Of a stretch of 64,000 nt of DNA, positions 38,765 through 49,379 are shown piece after piece. The stretch is from assembly GCA_965248265.1 (NCBI GenBank), contig CBDFJF010000001.1, forward strand, positions 1,504,001-1,568,000, in the 5' to 3' direction. The first letter of the stretch is position 1, and each line of letters starts with the position of its first letter. The translations under genes were made by a program, and so were the position numbers. The notes under the pieces were generated by a model. It searched no databases, had not been told where the DNA came from, and saw only the letters and a list, made by a program, of their open reading frames with translations. The stretch is from Candidatus Latescibacterota bacterium (GTDB taxonomy: Bacteria; Latescibacterota; UBA2968; UBA8231).

Positions 38765-39946
38765 CTACGCCCTGTTGGTACCATAAGCCGCGCCAATGAG
38801 TTTCCCCTCGGCAAACCGCCTGAGATTGAACCGCCCCATGTCGATGGATGACGCCCTGCCCTCCATGATCTCCTCTGCCATGAGTTCCCCGATCGCCGGA
38901 CCGATCTTGAAGCCGTGGCCACTGAAACCCGCGCACATCTGAAATCCTTCGATGCCATCAATGCGACCGAGAACCGGATGCCAGTCGGGAGTGACATCAT
39001 AGAGTCCGGTGTAGGAATTGATCGCCAGGATCGAACCGAACGACGGCCATCGTGCTTGTAGCCGCGTCGTCGTCTCCTCGATAAAGTCATTGTCGACTTC
39101 CTGATTGTACCCGTCCGGCTCCACGATCTGATAGTCCTTCGGGTAACCGCGGCCCACAAGCATTCGTGATGTCCCGTCGGGACGGTAGTAGATAGCCTTG
39201 GCCATGTCCGAGAAGCACAACCTCGGTGGCCCGCCGGTGTGGGCGACATCGTAAATGATCTCCTCTTCGCGGGTGACTTCGAGCGGCAGCTCCACTCCTG
39301 CCCAGGCCGCTACGCGATCAGCCCATGGCCCCGCGGCGTTGACGACAATGCCGGCCGAGACATCCCCCGCCTCCGTCTTCACGCCTTCGACCGTGTTGCC
39401 ACCGTGAGACAGGATCAGTCCGCTCGCCGAAGTCAGTTGTGTCAGCCGTCCACCGAGTTGGATGAAGCGCTGCACATAGGCGTGGGTGGTGGCGCGGGGA
39501 TCGGCATACCCGGAACCCGGCTCGTAGGCGCACCGGTGCACGTCCGACAAATCGACCCGTGGCTCGATCTCGTTGAGCTCGTTTGTGGACACTTCGCGCA
39601 CCTCCACACCAAGGCGCTGTCCTCGTTCGAGGTTTTCGCTGAAGCCATCGGATACGTAGTCGGGAACCAGGAATGCCCAGCCGGTATTGACGAAGCCGCA
39701 CTCCCCGCCGATCTCGTCATCGAAGCGTGTGAAGACATCGACACTGCGCCGCACCATGTGCACCAGCTCGTCGCTGGAATAGTGCTGACGGACAATGGCG
39801 GCCGAGCGCCCAGTGCCCCCGGAGGCGATCAGCTGCTTCTCCAGCAGGATGACATCCTTCATCCCCCGCTTGACCAGATTGTACGCGGTGGCGGCTCCGT
39901 TGATGCCGGCGCCGATGACGACCGCGTCAGCTGTTTGCAGACCCAT
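38765..39946 (-). CDS. FAD-dependent oxidoreductase (DAO/sarcosine oxidase beta-like)
   Basis: IGAGING, TGRSAAIVR, TPDWHP, GFSGHGFK. Confidence 0.9.
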   Translation of the reverse strand: MGLQTADAVVIGAGINGAATAYNLVKRGMKDVILLEKQLIASGGTGRSAAIVRQHYSSDELVHMVRRSVDVFTRFDDEIGGECGFVNTGWAFLVPDYVSDGFSENLERGQRLGVEVREVSTNELNEIEPRVDLSDVHRCAYEPGSGYADPRATTHAYVQRFIQLGGRLTQLTSASGLILSHGGNTVEGVKTEAGDVSAGIVVNAAGPWADRVAAWAGVELPLEVTREEEIIYDVAHTGGPPRLCFSDMAKAIYYRPDGTSRMLVGRGYPKDYQIVEPDGYNQEVDNDFIEETTTRLQARWPSFGSILAINSYTGLYDVTPDWHPVLGRIDGIEGFQMCAGFSGHGFKIGPAIGELMAEEIMEGRASSIDMGRFNLRRFAEGKLIGAAYGTNRA

Positions 39947-40102
39947 TCGCTATCCCCAATCCTGGCCGTGCGCACGCGTCATTGCCATCGCATCAGCACC
40001 TCCGACCACGGTACTATGCTCCTGCTCACACCCATGACTATGTTATCACTGACCTTCACTATAGTTAAACATCTCACTTTGTACGCAGACCGGATAATAC
40101 CA

Positions 40103-40465
40103 ATGCAGAAAGCCATTGTTCTTCAGGAATCCGCGAATGAGAAAATCACTGACAGCTGGGGGAGCCTGACCTGGTTCGCCAGCGGCAAGCTGGGCAACTC
40201 AGACGGCATGACCATCGGTCATGCTTTGATCAAACCCGGCTGCGAGAACCCGTTGCACAGTCACCCGAATTGCGCCGAGGTCCTCGTCGTCGTGCAAGGT
40301 AGGATAGCACACATGATCGAAAACGGCAACGAGGTCGAGATGACCGTCGGCGACACCATAACCCTACCCCAAGGGCTGCCCCACATGGCACGCAACATCG
40401 GCGAAGAGGACGCCATCCTGTCCATCTCTTTTGACTCGGCTGACAGACAGACCAAGCTGGAGTAA
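40103..40465 (+). CDS. Cupin domain protein
   Basis: PLHSHPNCAEVLVV and GDTITLPQGLPH. Confidence 0.88.
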   Translation: MQKAIVLQESANEKITDSWGSLTWFASGKLGNSDGMTIGHALIKPGCENPLHSHPNCAEVLVVVQGRIAHMIENGNEVEMTVGDTITLPQGLPHMARNIGEEDAILSISFDSADRQTKLE

Positions 40466-40719
40466 TCAAGTGTGGGTGCACGTGTAAGCACAGCGCTCCA
40501 CAGCGGCCCGGCCGCTCCCACCAGCTACAGCAGCCGTGACTACGGGTCTGGCTGTCGAAACGTTGGTGTCCTGGTGGTGCCTGCGGCGGTGAAAGGATCG
40601 CCAGCGCCAGCGGAGCACTCGCCTTGACACGACGCTTGGTGGCCGGCAATGTTCAATGAGGTTGTCGCTTCGGCCGACCTTCACGCGAGCTGAATCGCAG
40701 TAACAAGGAGTTTTGGTTA

Positions 40720-41100
40720 GTGCAGGCCCTGGGTACCAACCTCATGGTTGAGTTGCACGAGTGTAGCTCTGAGATTCTCGACGACATCATCAAGGTGGAA
40801 CAAGCCATGGTCGCGGCCGCCGAGGCAGCAGGAGCGACCGTCGTGGAAGCGCATTTCCACGAGTTCAAACCAATCGGCGTCAGCGGTTTCGTCGTGATCA
40901 CTGAATCCCACCTGGCCATCCATACCTGGCCTGAGCATCGGTACGCGGCCGTCGACATCTTCACCTGTGGACAGGAGGTTCAACCGGAGCGCGCCGCACA
41001 GGAGCTTATAGAGAAGTTTCAGTGCGAAAACCCGACGATGTTCGAGGTCAAACGAGGATTCGCTTCCCCATCATCCGATAGTGAGGTTTCATCGAAATGA
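40720..41100 (+). CDS. speD: Pyruvoyl-dependent S-adenosylmethionine decarboxylase proenzyme (class 1B)
   Basis: GVSGFVVITESHLAIHTWPE..AVDIFTCG; AAGGAG RBS. Confidence 0.92.
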   Translation: MQALGTNLMVELHECSSEILDDIIKVEQAMVAAAEAAGATVVEAHFHEFKPIGVSGFVVITESHLAIHTWPEHRYAAVDIFTCGQEVQPERAAQELIEKFQCENPTMFEVKRGFASPSSDSEVSSK

Positions 41101-42503
41101 GCCGCGAGTGTACGTCACGCGCATACGAGTCAACCTCTGCAGCTTCACTCGCCTCGTTCTGCCGTGCCATCACCTGGTCGGATCTGCCGGTAACGACGCG
41201 CGAGCGCACTAAGGACCTGCTGCTCGACCATATCGGGGTCACGTTACGCGGCGGCACCGAGGCCTCGAGCGCACCGGCGACTGAATTCGTCCGTGGCATG
41301 CAGGCGCACGGACCGTCGTCCATCATCGGTGGTGGATTCTGCAGCGGTGCCGCTTGGGCAGCCCTCGTGAACGGTACGGCCGCCCACGCTATCGAGATGG
41401 ATGACGTCACCAGCGAGTCGTCCCTGCATCCGGCCGTCGCCGTCATGCCTGCTGCATTGGCTGTTGCCGAGCAACAACAGGCTTCTCCTGCCGCCCTCCT
41501 GGCCGCCATCGTCGCCGGTTACGAGGTCAATCTGCGGATCGGCAATGCGCTCAACCCGGCCTCGGCCTATCGCCGCGGCTTCCATCCAACCGGAATCGCT
41601 GGCGGCTTCGGTGCTACCACCGCAGCCGGTCACCTGCTCGGACTCAGCGCCGACGCGTTAACCGATGCCCTGGGTATCTGCGGCTCTATGACCTCCGGGT
41701 CCATGGAATATCTGACCGATGGCGCCTGGACCAAGCGCCTCAACGCGGGTTGGGCGGCCCATGCGGGAGTCGTCGCCGCCAGCCTGGCACAGTCCGGCTT
41801 CAACGGGCCCGGATCGATAATCGATGGATCACTCGGTGTTCTGAAAGGGTATACCGACGAGCCCAGGCCCGAGCGCCTGCTGGCTGATCTGGGGAATCCG
41901 TATCAACTGGAAACCGTGTCGATAAAGCCCTACGGATGCTGCCGTTACATTCACGGCGTGATCGATTGCGTCATGACTCTTCGGAGGGAACACGACATCA
42001 ATCCCGATGATGTAATAAAGATGAGGGTCTCGGTGTTGAGTGGAGGTGCCTCGTTGGTTGCCGAACCCGCGGAGCAGAAAAGGAATCCCAAGAATGTCGT
42101 CGACGCACAGTTCAGCACCCCATTTGGTGCCGCCATCGCCCTCGTCCACGGCGCCGCCGATCTCAATCAATTCACCCCGGCCAACATCACTGACACGACC
42201 GTTCGTGACTTGATGGCCCGCACCGAGTGTTACAGCGACCCCGCCTTCGACGCGGTTTATCCGCAGCAATGGCCGGCCGCCGTTCAGATCGAGTTGCGCG
42301 ACGGGCACACGGTGTCCACCCAGATCGAGCACGCCACTGGCGAGCCCCAGAACCCGGTTAAACGCGAGCAGCTGATAGGCAAGTTCGTCATGCTGACCGA
42401 ACCCGTACTCGGCGCGGCGGATGCTGGCACGCTGGCCTTACGCATCGTAGAGCTGGATGCTGAAGCGGATCTGCAGGAGGTGATGCGCCTGGTCAGGAAC
42501 TGA
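41097..42503 (+). CDS. MmgE/PrpD family protein
   Basis: NGTAAHAIEMDD, HP, GFHPTG, KPYGCCRYIH, DAQFS. Confidence 0.92.
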   Translation: MSRECTSRAYESTSAASLASFCRAITWSDLPVTTRERTKDLLLDHIGVTLRGGTEASSAPATEFVRGMQAHGPSSIIGGGFCSGAAWAALVNGTAAHAIEMDDVTSESSLHPAVAVMPAALAVAEQQQASPAALLAAIVAGYEVNLRIGNALNPASAYRRGFHPTGIAGGFGATTAAGHLLGLSADALTDALGICGSMTSGSMEYLTDGAWTKRLNAGWAAHAGVVAASLAQSGFNGPGSIIDGSLGVLKGYTDEPRPERLLADLGNPYQLETVSIKPYGCCRYIHGVIDCVMTLRREHDINPDDVIKMRVSVLSGGASLVAEPAEQKRNPKNVVDAQFSTPFGAAIALVHGAADLNQFTPANITDTTVRDLMARTECYSDPAFDAVYPQQWPAAVQIELRDGHTVSTQIEHATGEPQNPVKREQLIGKFVMLTEPVLGAADAGTLALRIVELDAEADLQEVMRLVRN

Positions 42504-42549
42504 GGAACGCCGGTAGTCCGCGTCTTCCCCTCCGCGATCTCATCTCACA

Positions 42550-42618
42550 ATGAAAATTCACCTGCCACCCCCTCACCCATTCGGCAACACCGGCGTCCCG
42601 GTCAGCGTCATTGCATGA
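42550..42618 (+). pseudogene. Aldo/keto reductase N-terminal stub
   Basis: MKIHLPPPHPFGNTGVPVSVIA resembles the AKR start RPFGKTGxxVSxIG; it stops at the amidase ATG. Confidence 0.4.
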
Positions 42619-44060
42619 CCGCCGCGCTCGCCTATACCTCAGCCTCCGACCTGTGTCACATGGTGCGCTCACGGCAGCTGTCTCCGGTGGAGCTCATCAG
42701 CAGCACGCTTGAGCGCATCCAGGCCTCCCAGGCCTCCCTCAACGCCTTCATTACCGTCTGCGGTGACGAGTCCATGGCCGCAGCTCGTCAGGCCGAACAA
42801 GCCATCGTCAACGGTGATGAACTCGGTCTACTCCACGGCATTCCGTTCACCGTAAAGGACCTGATCGATACCGAAGGTGTCCGGACCACGATGGGCTCGT
42901 TCATCTTCGAGAATAATGTACCGAAGAAGGATGCCATTCCCGTTGCCCGTCTGAAGGCTGCAGGCGGCATCCTCATCGGCAAGACCACGACCCCCGAGTT
43001 TGGTCACAAACCGTTCACCAGAGCACCCCTGTTCGGTGAGACACCCAATGCCTGGAACAGCGGCCGTATCGCCGGCGGCTCCAGCGGCGGAGCAGCGGTC
43101 TCCGCGGCCGCCGGACTCGCCGCGCTCAACCTCGGTACCGACGGTGGCGGTTCCATCCGTATCCCAGCAGCTGTCAATGGGATAGCAGGCATGAAACCGA
43201 CCATGGGCACGGTCCCTCAGCACACACCGGACAGCTTCGGCGCCAGCGTCTTCGTCGGGCCGATGACCCGCACAGTCGCCGACGCTGCGCTGATGCTGCA
43301 GGTGATGGCTGGACCACACGCTGATGATGTGCACTCGATCGGTCGCCAACCCCAGGATCTCATCGCCGCAGCGGCCGAGCCAGCCGATGTCAACGGTTTG
43401 AGAATCGCATGGCGTCCCCTGATGGGTAATCAGATTGTCGACTCCGGCGTGGCTGCCCTGGTTGAGAGCGCCGCACGGTCCTTCGAACAACACGGGGCTG
43501 AAGTGACTCTGGTCGATGCCACCTTCGAGACCCCTGAACCGTTCTGGCGCATACTCAACCAGGCCTCCTGGCGCACCCGGTTCGGCGGTTACGCAGCCGA
43601 ATGGGGCGATCGCATGACCCCGACCTTCCTGCGCACCATATCGGAGGCTGAGTCGTATCCGGCTGAAGAACTGCAGCGGGCGATCTACCAGCGCACAGTG
43701 CTGTTTCGCCAGGTTCAGTCCTGGTTTGAGAAATTCGATCTGGTACTTACACCGGTCATAACCCGTACCGCTCTCGAAACGGAGCGGGATCTCTACGATC
43801 CCGTCATCATCGAGGGCCGTGATGCCGGTATCATCAGGCAGAACTGGTACCCCTACACCCACCCTTTCAACTTGACCGGACATCCGGCGATCTCCCTGCC
43901 GGCGGGATTCGCCGATGATGGCCTGCCCGTCGCTTTGCAGATCATCGGTCCCTATACTGATGACGCTGCCGTCATCAGGGCAGCGGCACTTTTCGAGCAA
44001 TTGCAACCATGGGCGCAACACAGGCCCGATTTGCCTGAACTCGACTCGTGTTCAGGGTAA
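42615..44060 (+). CDS. Amidase signature family protein
   Basis: PFTVKD, GGSSGG, GTDGGGSIRIP, FNLTGHPA. Confidence 0.93.
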   Translation: MTAALAYTSASDLCHMVRSRQLSPVELISSTLERIQASQASLNAFITVCGDESMAAARQAEQAIVNGDELGLLHGIPFTVKDLIDTEGVRTTMGSFIFENNVPKKDAIPVARLKAAGGILIGKTTTPEFGHKPFTRAPLFGETPNAWNSGRIAGGSSGGAAVSAAAGLAALNLGTDGGGSIRIPAAVNGIAGMKPTMGTVPQHTPDSFGASVFVGPMTRTVADAALMLQVMAGPHADDVHSIGRQPQDLIAAAAEPADVNGLRIAWRPLMGNQIVDSGVAALVESAARSFEQHGAEVTLVDATFETPEPFWRILNQASWRTRFGGYAAEWGDRMTPTFLRTISEAESYPAEELQRAIYQRTVLFRQVQSWFEKFDLVLTPVITRTALETERDLYDPVIIEGRDAGIIRQNWYPYTHPFNLTGHPAISLPAGFADDGLPVALQIIGPYTDDAAVIRAAALFEQLQPWAQHRPDLPELDSCSG

Positions 44061-44147
44061 TCGCCGCCCGCATGGTGGGCACACCGCCCCAATCCTGATG
44101 GAGTGAGCGATGGACCGCTGGCCTTTATCATTTTCCGAGAGTTATCC

Positions 44148-45317
44148 ATGAAAGTCGATCGAGAACAACTGATGCAGGATGGTTTTCTGATCCTGCGCGA
44201 GGTCGTACCGCCTTCTGCACTGGAAAAGCTGCGCGAGAGTTACGAGACCCTGATAGAGCGCCAGGGTGGCCGCACATGGCTGAGTGAGGGCAAGCAACCG
44301 CGACTCAACATCGTCCCCCACCTGGACGAGACCACGGCTGATGCGGCAGAAATCTGGCTGCACGACAACACCCTCGGGGTCGCCCGTCAGCTGATCGACG
44401 TGGGCGACGCGGCCGCATCGACCTCGATGTGGTGTATGTGCAGCCCGCTGGAAGACCATGGTCCAGCCGCCTGGCATCGAGACATCCATCCCATCGACAT
44501 GGCACCGATGCGGTTGTTGCAGCTCGACATGCTCGAGAACGGCCCGCGGTATTTACAATGGAATGTCCCGCTATACGATGACGATGTACTGTGGGTCGTG
44601 CCGGGCAGTCACCGTCGCGTCAACACGGCACAGGAGAATGAAGAGCTCCTGAAGGACCGGTTTTCCCCTTTGACGGGTGGCATCCCGGTCGAGCTCAAAG
44701 CCGGCGACGGCGTCGTCTACATCAACTTCCTCCTGCACTGGGGCAGCAACTACAGCAGCAAGCTGCGGCGAACCCTGCACGGCGGTCACAGCATCTTCAC
44801 TGACAACCAGGGCAGCGGCTGTGCTCAGCACCTATCGCCATCCGCCCGAGAGCAGTTCGCACGTTGGGATTCACTTGCCGCAGGGGCACAGGACACAACG
44901 GAAGCGGCGCTGCGCGCGGTACTGAACGGAGATGACGCGGCCTATGATTCAGCCCTCGACACGTTGCAGCCAGGGATGGGCGCGGCCGGCAAACTGGTAT
45001 TGACGATTTACTTGTGCAAAGCGGTGCAGTTGATGCGAATTAAAACACACCAGGTCATGGACGAGGTACCAGAAAGACTTCAACGCGCGGCCACCCAAAA
45101 TCACCCAATCTCCCTGAACTGGGGACCCGGATTCGCGAACCGGTTTACCACACCTGAGTTGGAGAAATTGTGGCAGCGATTCGAGTTCGTCGACGCTCGG
45201 CTGCTACACACGGAGGAGTACTTTGTTCCCGGTTACCAGTCCGGGCCGATGCAGTACTTCTTCGAGGACGTGGCCGAGCCCTTCACGGCCAGCGACTTCG
45301 TCGCCAGTTGGAGGTGA
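44148..45317 (+). CDS. PhyH-family dioxygenase
   Basis: DGFLILREV, WHRD, VVPGSHRR, LHWG. Confidence 0.85.
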   Translation: MKVDREQLMQDGFLILREVVPPSALEKLRESYETLIERQGGRTWLSEGKQPRLNIVPHLDETTADAAEIWLHDNTLGVARQLIDVGDAAASTSMWCMCSPLEDHGPAAWHRDIHPIDMAPMRLLQLDMLENGPRYLQWNVPLYDDDVLWVVPGSHRRVNTAQENEELLKDRFSPLTGGIPVELKAGDGVVYINFLLHWGSNYSSKLRRTLHGGHSIFTDNQGSGCAQHLSPSAREQFARWDSLAAGAQDTTEAALRAVLNGDDAAYDSALDTLQPGMGAAGKLVLTIYLCKAVQLMRIKTHQVMDEVPERLQRAATQNHPISLNWGPGFANRFTTPELEKLWQRFEFVDARLLHTEEYFVPGYQSGPMQYFFEDVAEPFTASDFVASWR

Positions 45318-45440
45318 CTCAAAATTCCTGTCCTCATGACTATCTCTGATCGTTGCATCGCCAATCCACTGTCTATTTTGCCTCGTCATCAACCTGCATT
45401 CCTGACATAGAAACCCTCAATCAAGATTCTGAGAGATACG

Positions 45441-47081
45441 ATGACTTCGACGAACACGGAACCTCTCCTTCTCACTGACGAGCAGGTGCGCGCCTACATT
45501 GCCAACGGCTACATCAAGATAGAGACGCCTTCCGTGGCACCCGAGGTGCATGCCTCTATCGCCGGCAGATTGAACTTGATGATCGAGCAGGGACCCAACC
45601 TCGGCAATAACGTGTTACCGCATGCACCGGAATTCCGCCATGTGCTGAATTGCCCCGAAGTCCGTGGTGCCCTGATCAGCCTGCTCGGCGAGGATTTCAT
45701 CGAGCACCCGCACCGTTACTGCCACGATTCCAAGCCGGCGGAGGAGAAGCCGGAGGATATGGTTGCCGCCGTGGGCAAACGCACCCATCAGGATTCCTAC
45801 ACCCCGATGGGACAGCCGCGTCAGCACTATCCCCGTTTCGCCCGAATCATCTACTACCCGCAGGACACGCCCATCGAGCTTGGGCCGACGCACGTCACTC
45901 CTGGGACCGCACTCCACAAGGCGGTCACCGAAGAAGACAAACTCAACGCCTCACCCATGTTGGGCCCTGCCGGTTCGTTGTGGATCACCCATTTTGACGT
46001 CATCCATTCAGGAGGCATCAACCTGACCGACTACGTGCGCCATATGATCAAGTTCATTTACGTGCAGCGCACGGAGCACAAGACGCCCTCTTGGAACTGC
46101 GTTGATGATCGGTGGCACAATCCAAAGGATCTGCAGTCTCCATGGGATCTGGAAGTGGCTTGGTCGCATACCTGGGATTGGATGTGTGGCAAACGCGACC
46201 GCTACGAGAGCTTCCGCCTAAATCATGGCACCGGCGCGGGTGACGTGGCCGCGTTGTCTCAGTCATTGAATTCTAAAGCCCCGATCGATGAACAATTGGC
46301 TTCCATTCGACAGCTGGCCACCCTCGGTCCCGCCGCTGCTGAAGCGACTCCCTCCCTGATCGGCCTGCTCAACAAGGATCATCAGGCTGCCCGCGCTGCC
46401 GCCACCTATGCTCTTGGTGCCATTGGCGAAGCTGCTGTCAGCCCGTTGATTGAGCTGATCAGAGAAGCTGGCGAGAATGGCTGGGAAGACGGCAAGGTGC
46501 CCTGCTGGGGTGAGAACTCCGTGTCCATGATGGACGAAGCCCATGCCCTTGCCGCCATCGGCGCGCCCGCGGTCGCCGGACTCATCGAGCTCATCGACAC
46601 GGCGGGTGAATGGGGCCGTATCAATGCCGCCTTCGCCCTCGCGGAGATGGACTCTCACGCCGCCAGTGCGGTCCCGGCCCTCATCCGCTGCCTGGACGAC
46701 CCTTCCCACCGCATCGTCCGCACCACCCTGGACGCCCTCGGTACCATCGGTGGTGAAGCCGCGTCCGCGGTTCCGCGGATGAGCCGTTTTCTCACTGAAA
46801 GCAACCCGGCATGGGAAGAGGAAATGACGGAAAGACGCCGGTGGATTGCCATGGACCAGGTGCGCGTGAACGCCGCCGAAGCGATGGGAAGGCTGGGGTC
46901 GAAGGCAGCCGCCGCCGAAGATGCCCTGGTGGCCGCCCTCGACGATCAATGCGGTTACGTCGGACTCTACGCCACGGATGCGTTACAGCAGCTGGGATCG
47001 CCTAGCGCACAAAAGGCGGTGATGGATCTGGTGATGGCGCAGCGTTGGGATTGCTCGCTGAGCGAGACTCGGCCCTGGTAG
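45441..47081 (+). CDS. PhyH-family dioxygenase fused to HEAT repeats
   Basis: THQD, GPTHVTPGT, IHSG; C-terminal AATYALGAIG/AAFALAEM/AAEAMGRLG repeats. Confidence 0.85.
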   Translation: MTSTNTEPLLLTDEQVRAYIANGYIKIETPSVAPEVHASIAGRLNLMIEQGPNLGNNVLPHAPEFRHVLNCPEVRGALISLLGEDFIEHPHRYCHDSKPAEEKPEDMVAAVGKRTHQDSYTPMGQPRQHYPRFARIIYYPQDTPIELGPTHVTPGTALHKAVTEEDKLNASPMLGPAGSLWITHFDVIHSGGINLTDYVRHMIKFIYVQRTEHKTPSWNCVDDRWHNPKDLQSPWDLEVAWSHTWDWMCGKRDRYESFRLNHGTGAGDVAALSQSLNSKAPIDEQLASIRQLATLGPAAAEATPSLIGLLNKDHQAARAAATYALGAIGEAAVSPLIELIREAGENGWEDGKVPCWGENSVSMMDEAHALAAIGAPAVAGLIELIDTAGEWGRINAAFALAEMDSHAASAVPALIRCLDDPSHRIVRTTLDALGTIGGEAASAVPRMSRFLTESNPAWEEEMTERRRWIAMDQVRVNAAEAMGRLGSKAAAAEDALVAALDDQCGYVGLYATDALQQLGSPSAQKAVMDLVMAQRWDCSLSETRPW

Positions 47082-47117
47082 AGTCGCCACCTGCAGCAGG
47101 TGCTTTCACAGAAACGG

Positions 47118-49379
47118 TCAGTCGAGGTTCAGCTTCAATCCCCCGCTCACAACGAGCCCTGGTTGCGGGATTCCGAAGACGGACTGATAGCGCTCATCGG
47201 CGAAATTGGCCGCGTCGGCGTGCAGGCTGATTGCCGGCGTGACCTGCACCAGCGCGCTGGCACCGAGAATGAGGTAGCTCCAGTCAGCCCTTGGGGCGCC
47301 GATGGCGGACGCGGTGTCATCCACTTCTTCATCGGGCGTTGTTTTGTCGTCGACGAACAGATCCTCGTCGAAGAAACGCTCCTGCCAATCGGCTCGCACT
47401 GATAGCCGCACTGGCATGGCCTCTCCCAGGCCGAGGGAATAATCGCTCGTAAGTTTCTGACGCAGACGGCCGGGCAAATTCCGGCTCGTACCCAGGTCGT
47501 CTTCACCCGAGGCATCCTGAAAGGTGTAGCTGAGGCGCAGCTTGGATTTGCGGTGGAGGCGCAAGCTCTGTGACAGTTCAAGGCCGGCGATGTCCGCTCG
47601 CGCGAGGTTATCAAAGGTGAGGAATAGATCGTCACGCCCTGCTACTTCCATGCGTCTGGTAACGGGCCGGATCAGGTCGCGATAGCGGCTCCAATACAGG
47701 GTTGCTTCGCTCTGGGAGCGCCGGGTCAGCCACCGCAACCCCACATCTGCCGACCACACTCTTTCAGGTTTCAAGTTGCGATTTCCGGTCTCACCGACGA
47801 CATCGTCGATGGGCACGGAAAACACCTCCGTCGGTTTGAACAGATCGTCAAACGACGGTGCCACGAACGCACGTCCTATGGCGCTGTGAAAGACGAGGTT
47901 GTCACGCACCTGCAGGGCGGCGGAAATCCTGGGATTGAATTGTGTCCCGTAGAGGGAGTGATCATCCAGGCGCGCGCCCGCTTCGAGCACGTGGCGATCC
48001 AATTCGAACCGGTTTTGAACGTAAAGGGCGCCGACTCCTGCAGTCTCCGTACCGAACAGGCCATCACGCTGTCGTTCGAAGCGGTACTCGGCGCCGAGTG
48101 TGAGAGGTCGCAGGTGCCGCCTCGTCCAATGAAGCCTTGGCTCCAGGATCCACAGTTGATGCCTGGAGAGGAAATCGCCACTCAGTTCGCCGGCCTGGAC
48201 GATCGGGTTCAGCCGCTCGACACGCCGCCACTGACCCGATGCGTTGCTCTCGAAGCGCAGCCCTGTGCGCAACGGGCGCCTGTCGCTGACGCTGATGCGC
48301 ACGCGGTCGTCGTTCTGCCGATCGTCGATGTCAAATGCCCCGACCTGCCCGTGTCCTTCGGCACCCGGTGCTCCTCCTCGGCGTCGAGCCAGCTCAGTGC
48401 GGATGAGCGTTTGGCCATCGGTGTGGTGATGTACGAGCTTGCCGGCTGCATTCCAGACTCGAGTGTCCGTGTTCTCGAGATGTCCGCCACTGGAGCCCAT
48501 TGATCCATCGACCGTCCACTCCCAGTCCCCATGGCGTCGACCGTGCAGGAGATGGTAGCGTTGAGTAGCGTAAGCCCCGTCGTCGTCGACACGAGCCCCA
48601 GTTCCGGCAGTCATGGACACCCAAGTGCGATGGCCGCCGTCAATTCCCCGCGTGAAGAGTTGGATCACACCACCGCCGGCATCGGCCCCGTACAGCGCCG
48701 ATCCTGGACCTTTGACGACCTCGACGCGTTCAAGGCGGTCGACTCCAACTTCGCCCAGATCGACACCTCCGAGCGTCGACGTCTGTCCGGCAGTGTTCAA
48801 GCGCACGCCATCCAGCAGAACGAGCGTCTGCCCCGGTGATGCCCCACGCAGACTGACGCCGGCCACCAGGCCCGGCGCGCCACCCCCGGACAGGTCGACG
48901 CCCGGAAGACTGCGCAAGAGATCAGCCGCTGTCTGGAGACCGACCGATTGACCGACGTTGTCGACAACGTGAGTCGTGACAGACGAATGCAAGAGAGAGC
49001 TGGGCACGCGTGACGCTGTGACCACGACCGGATCCTCGAGGGCAAGACTCGGCACCAGGTCGAACCGCATCCCGGCCGTCTCCCCGGCTGTGACCAGGAT
49101 CTCTCGCTCGACCGAAGCGTACCCGACATGCGAGATGTATACCCGATAGCTGTCAGGGCTCAGGCCCCGAAACAGAAAGGAACCGCTGATGTCGGTGGCT
49201 GCATAGCGAGACGCTGACCCGAGGAGGACGTTTGCTCGAGGCAAGGGCTGCCCTGTGTCTGCGGCATAGACATGCCCTGAGATGCTCCCGGTATTGTCGG
49301 CGCTCAACTTCCCGGCTGCCAGCATGAGCAGCAAGAAAACGGAGGTACGGGGCTTCAAGATTCTCCCACGCGAGCACAT
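47118..49379 (-). CDS. TonB-dependent receptor (BtuB/CirA-like) with N-terminal carboxypeptidase-regulatory-like domain (start uncertain)
   Basis: VVVTASR, LLRSLPGV, LVLLDGV, RVEVVKGPGSALYG..GGVI, NRNLKPE. Confidence 0.9.
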   Translation of the reverse strand: MCSRGRILKPRTSVFLLLMLAAGKLSADNTGSISGHVYAADTGQPLPRANVLLGSASRYAATDISGSFLFRGLSPDSYRVYISHVGYASVEREILVTAGETAGMRFDLVPSLALEDPVVVTASRVPSSLLHSSVTTHVVDNVGQSVGLQTAADLLRSLPGVDLSGGGAPGLVAGVSLRGASPGQTLVLLDGVRLNTAGQTSTLGGVDLGEVGVDRLERVEVVKGPGSALYGADAGGGVIQLFTRGIDGGHRTWVSMTAGTGARVDDDGAYATQRYHLLHGRRHGDWEWTVDGSMGSSGGHLENTDTRVWNAAGKLVHHHTDGQTLIRTELARRRGGAPGAEGHGQVGAFDIDDRQNDDRVRISVSDRRPLRTGLRFESNASGQWRRVERLNPIVQAGELSGDFLSRHQLWILEPRLHWTRRHLRPLTLGAEYRFERQRDGLFGTETAGVGALYVQNRFELDRHVLEAGARLDDHSLYGTQFNPRISAALQVRDNLVFHSAIGRAFVAPSFDDLFKPTEVFSVPIDDVVGETGNRNLKPERVWSADVGLRWLTRRSQSEATLYWSRYRDLIRPVTRRMEVAGRDDLFLTFDNLARADIAGLELSQSLRLHRKSKLRLSYTFQDASGEDDLGTSRNLPGRLRQKLTSDYSLGLGEAMPVRLSVRADWQERFFDEDLFVDDKTTPDEEVDDTASAIGAPRADWSYLILGASALVQVTPAISLHADAANFADERYQSVFGIPQPGLVVSGGLKLNLD

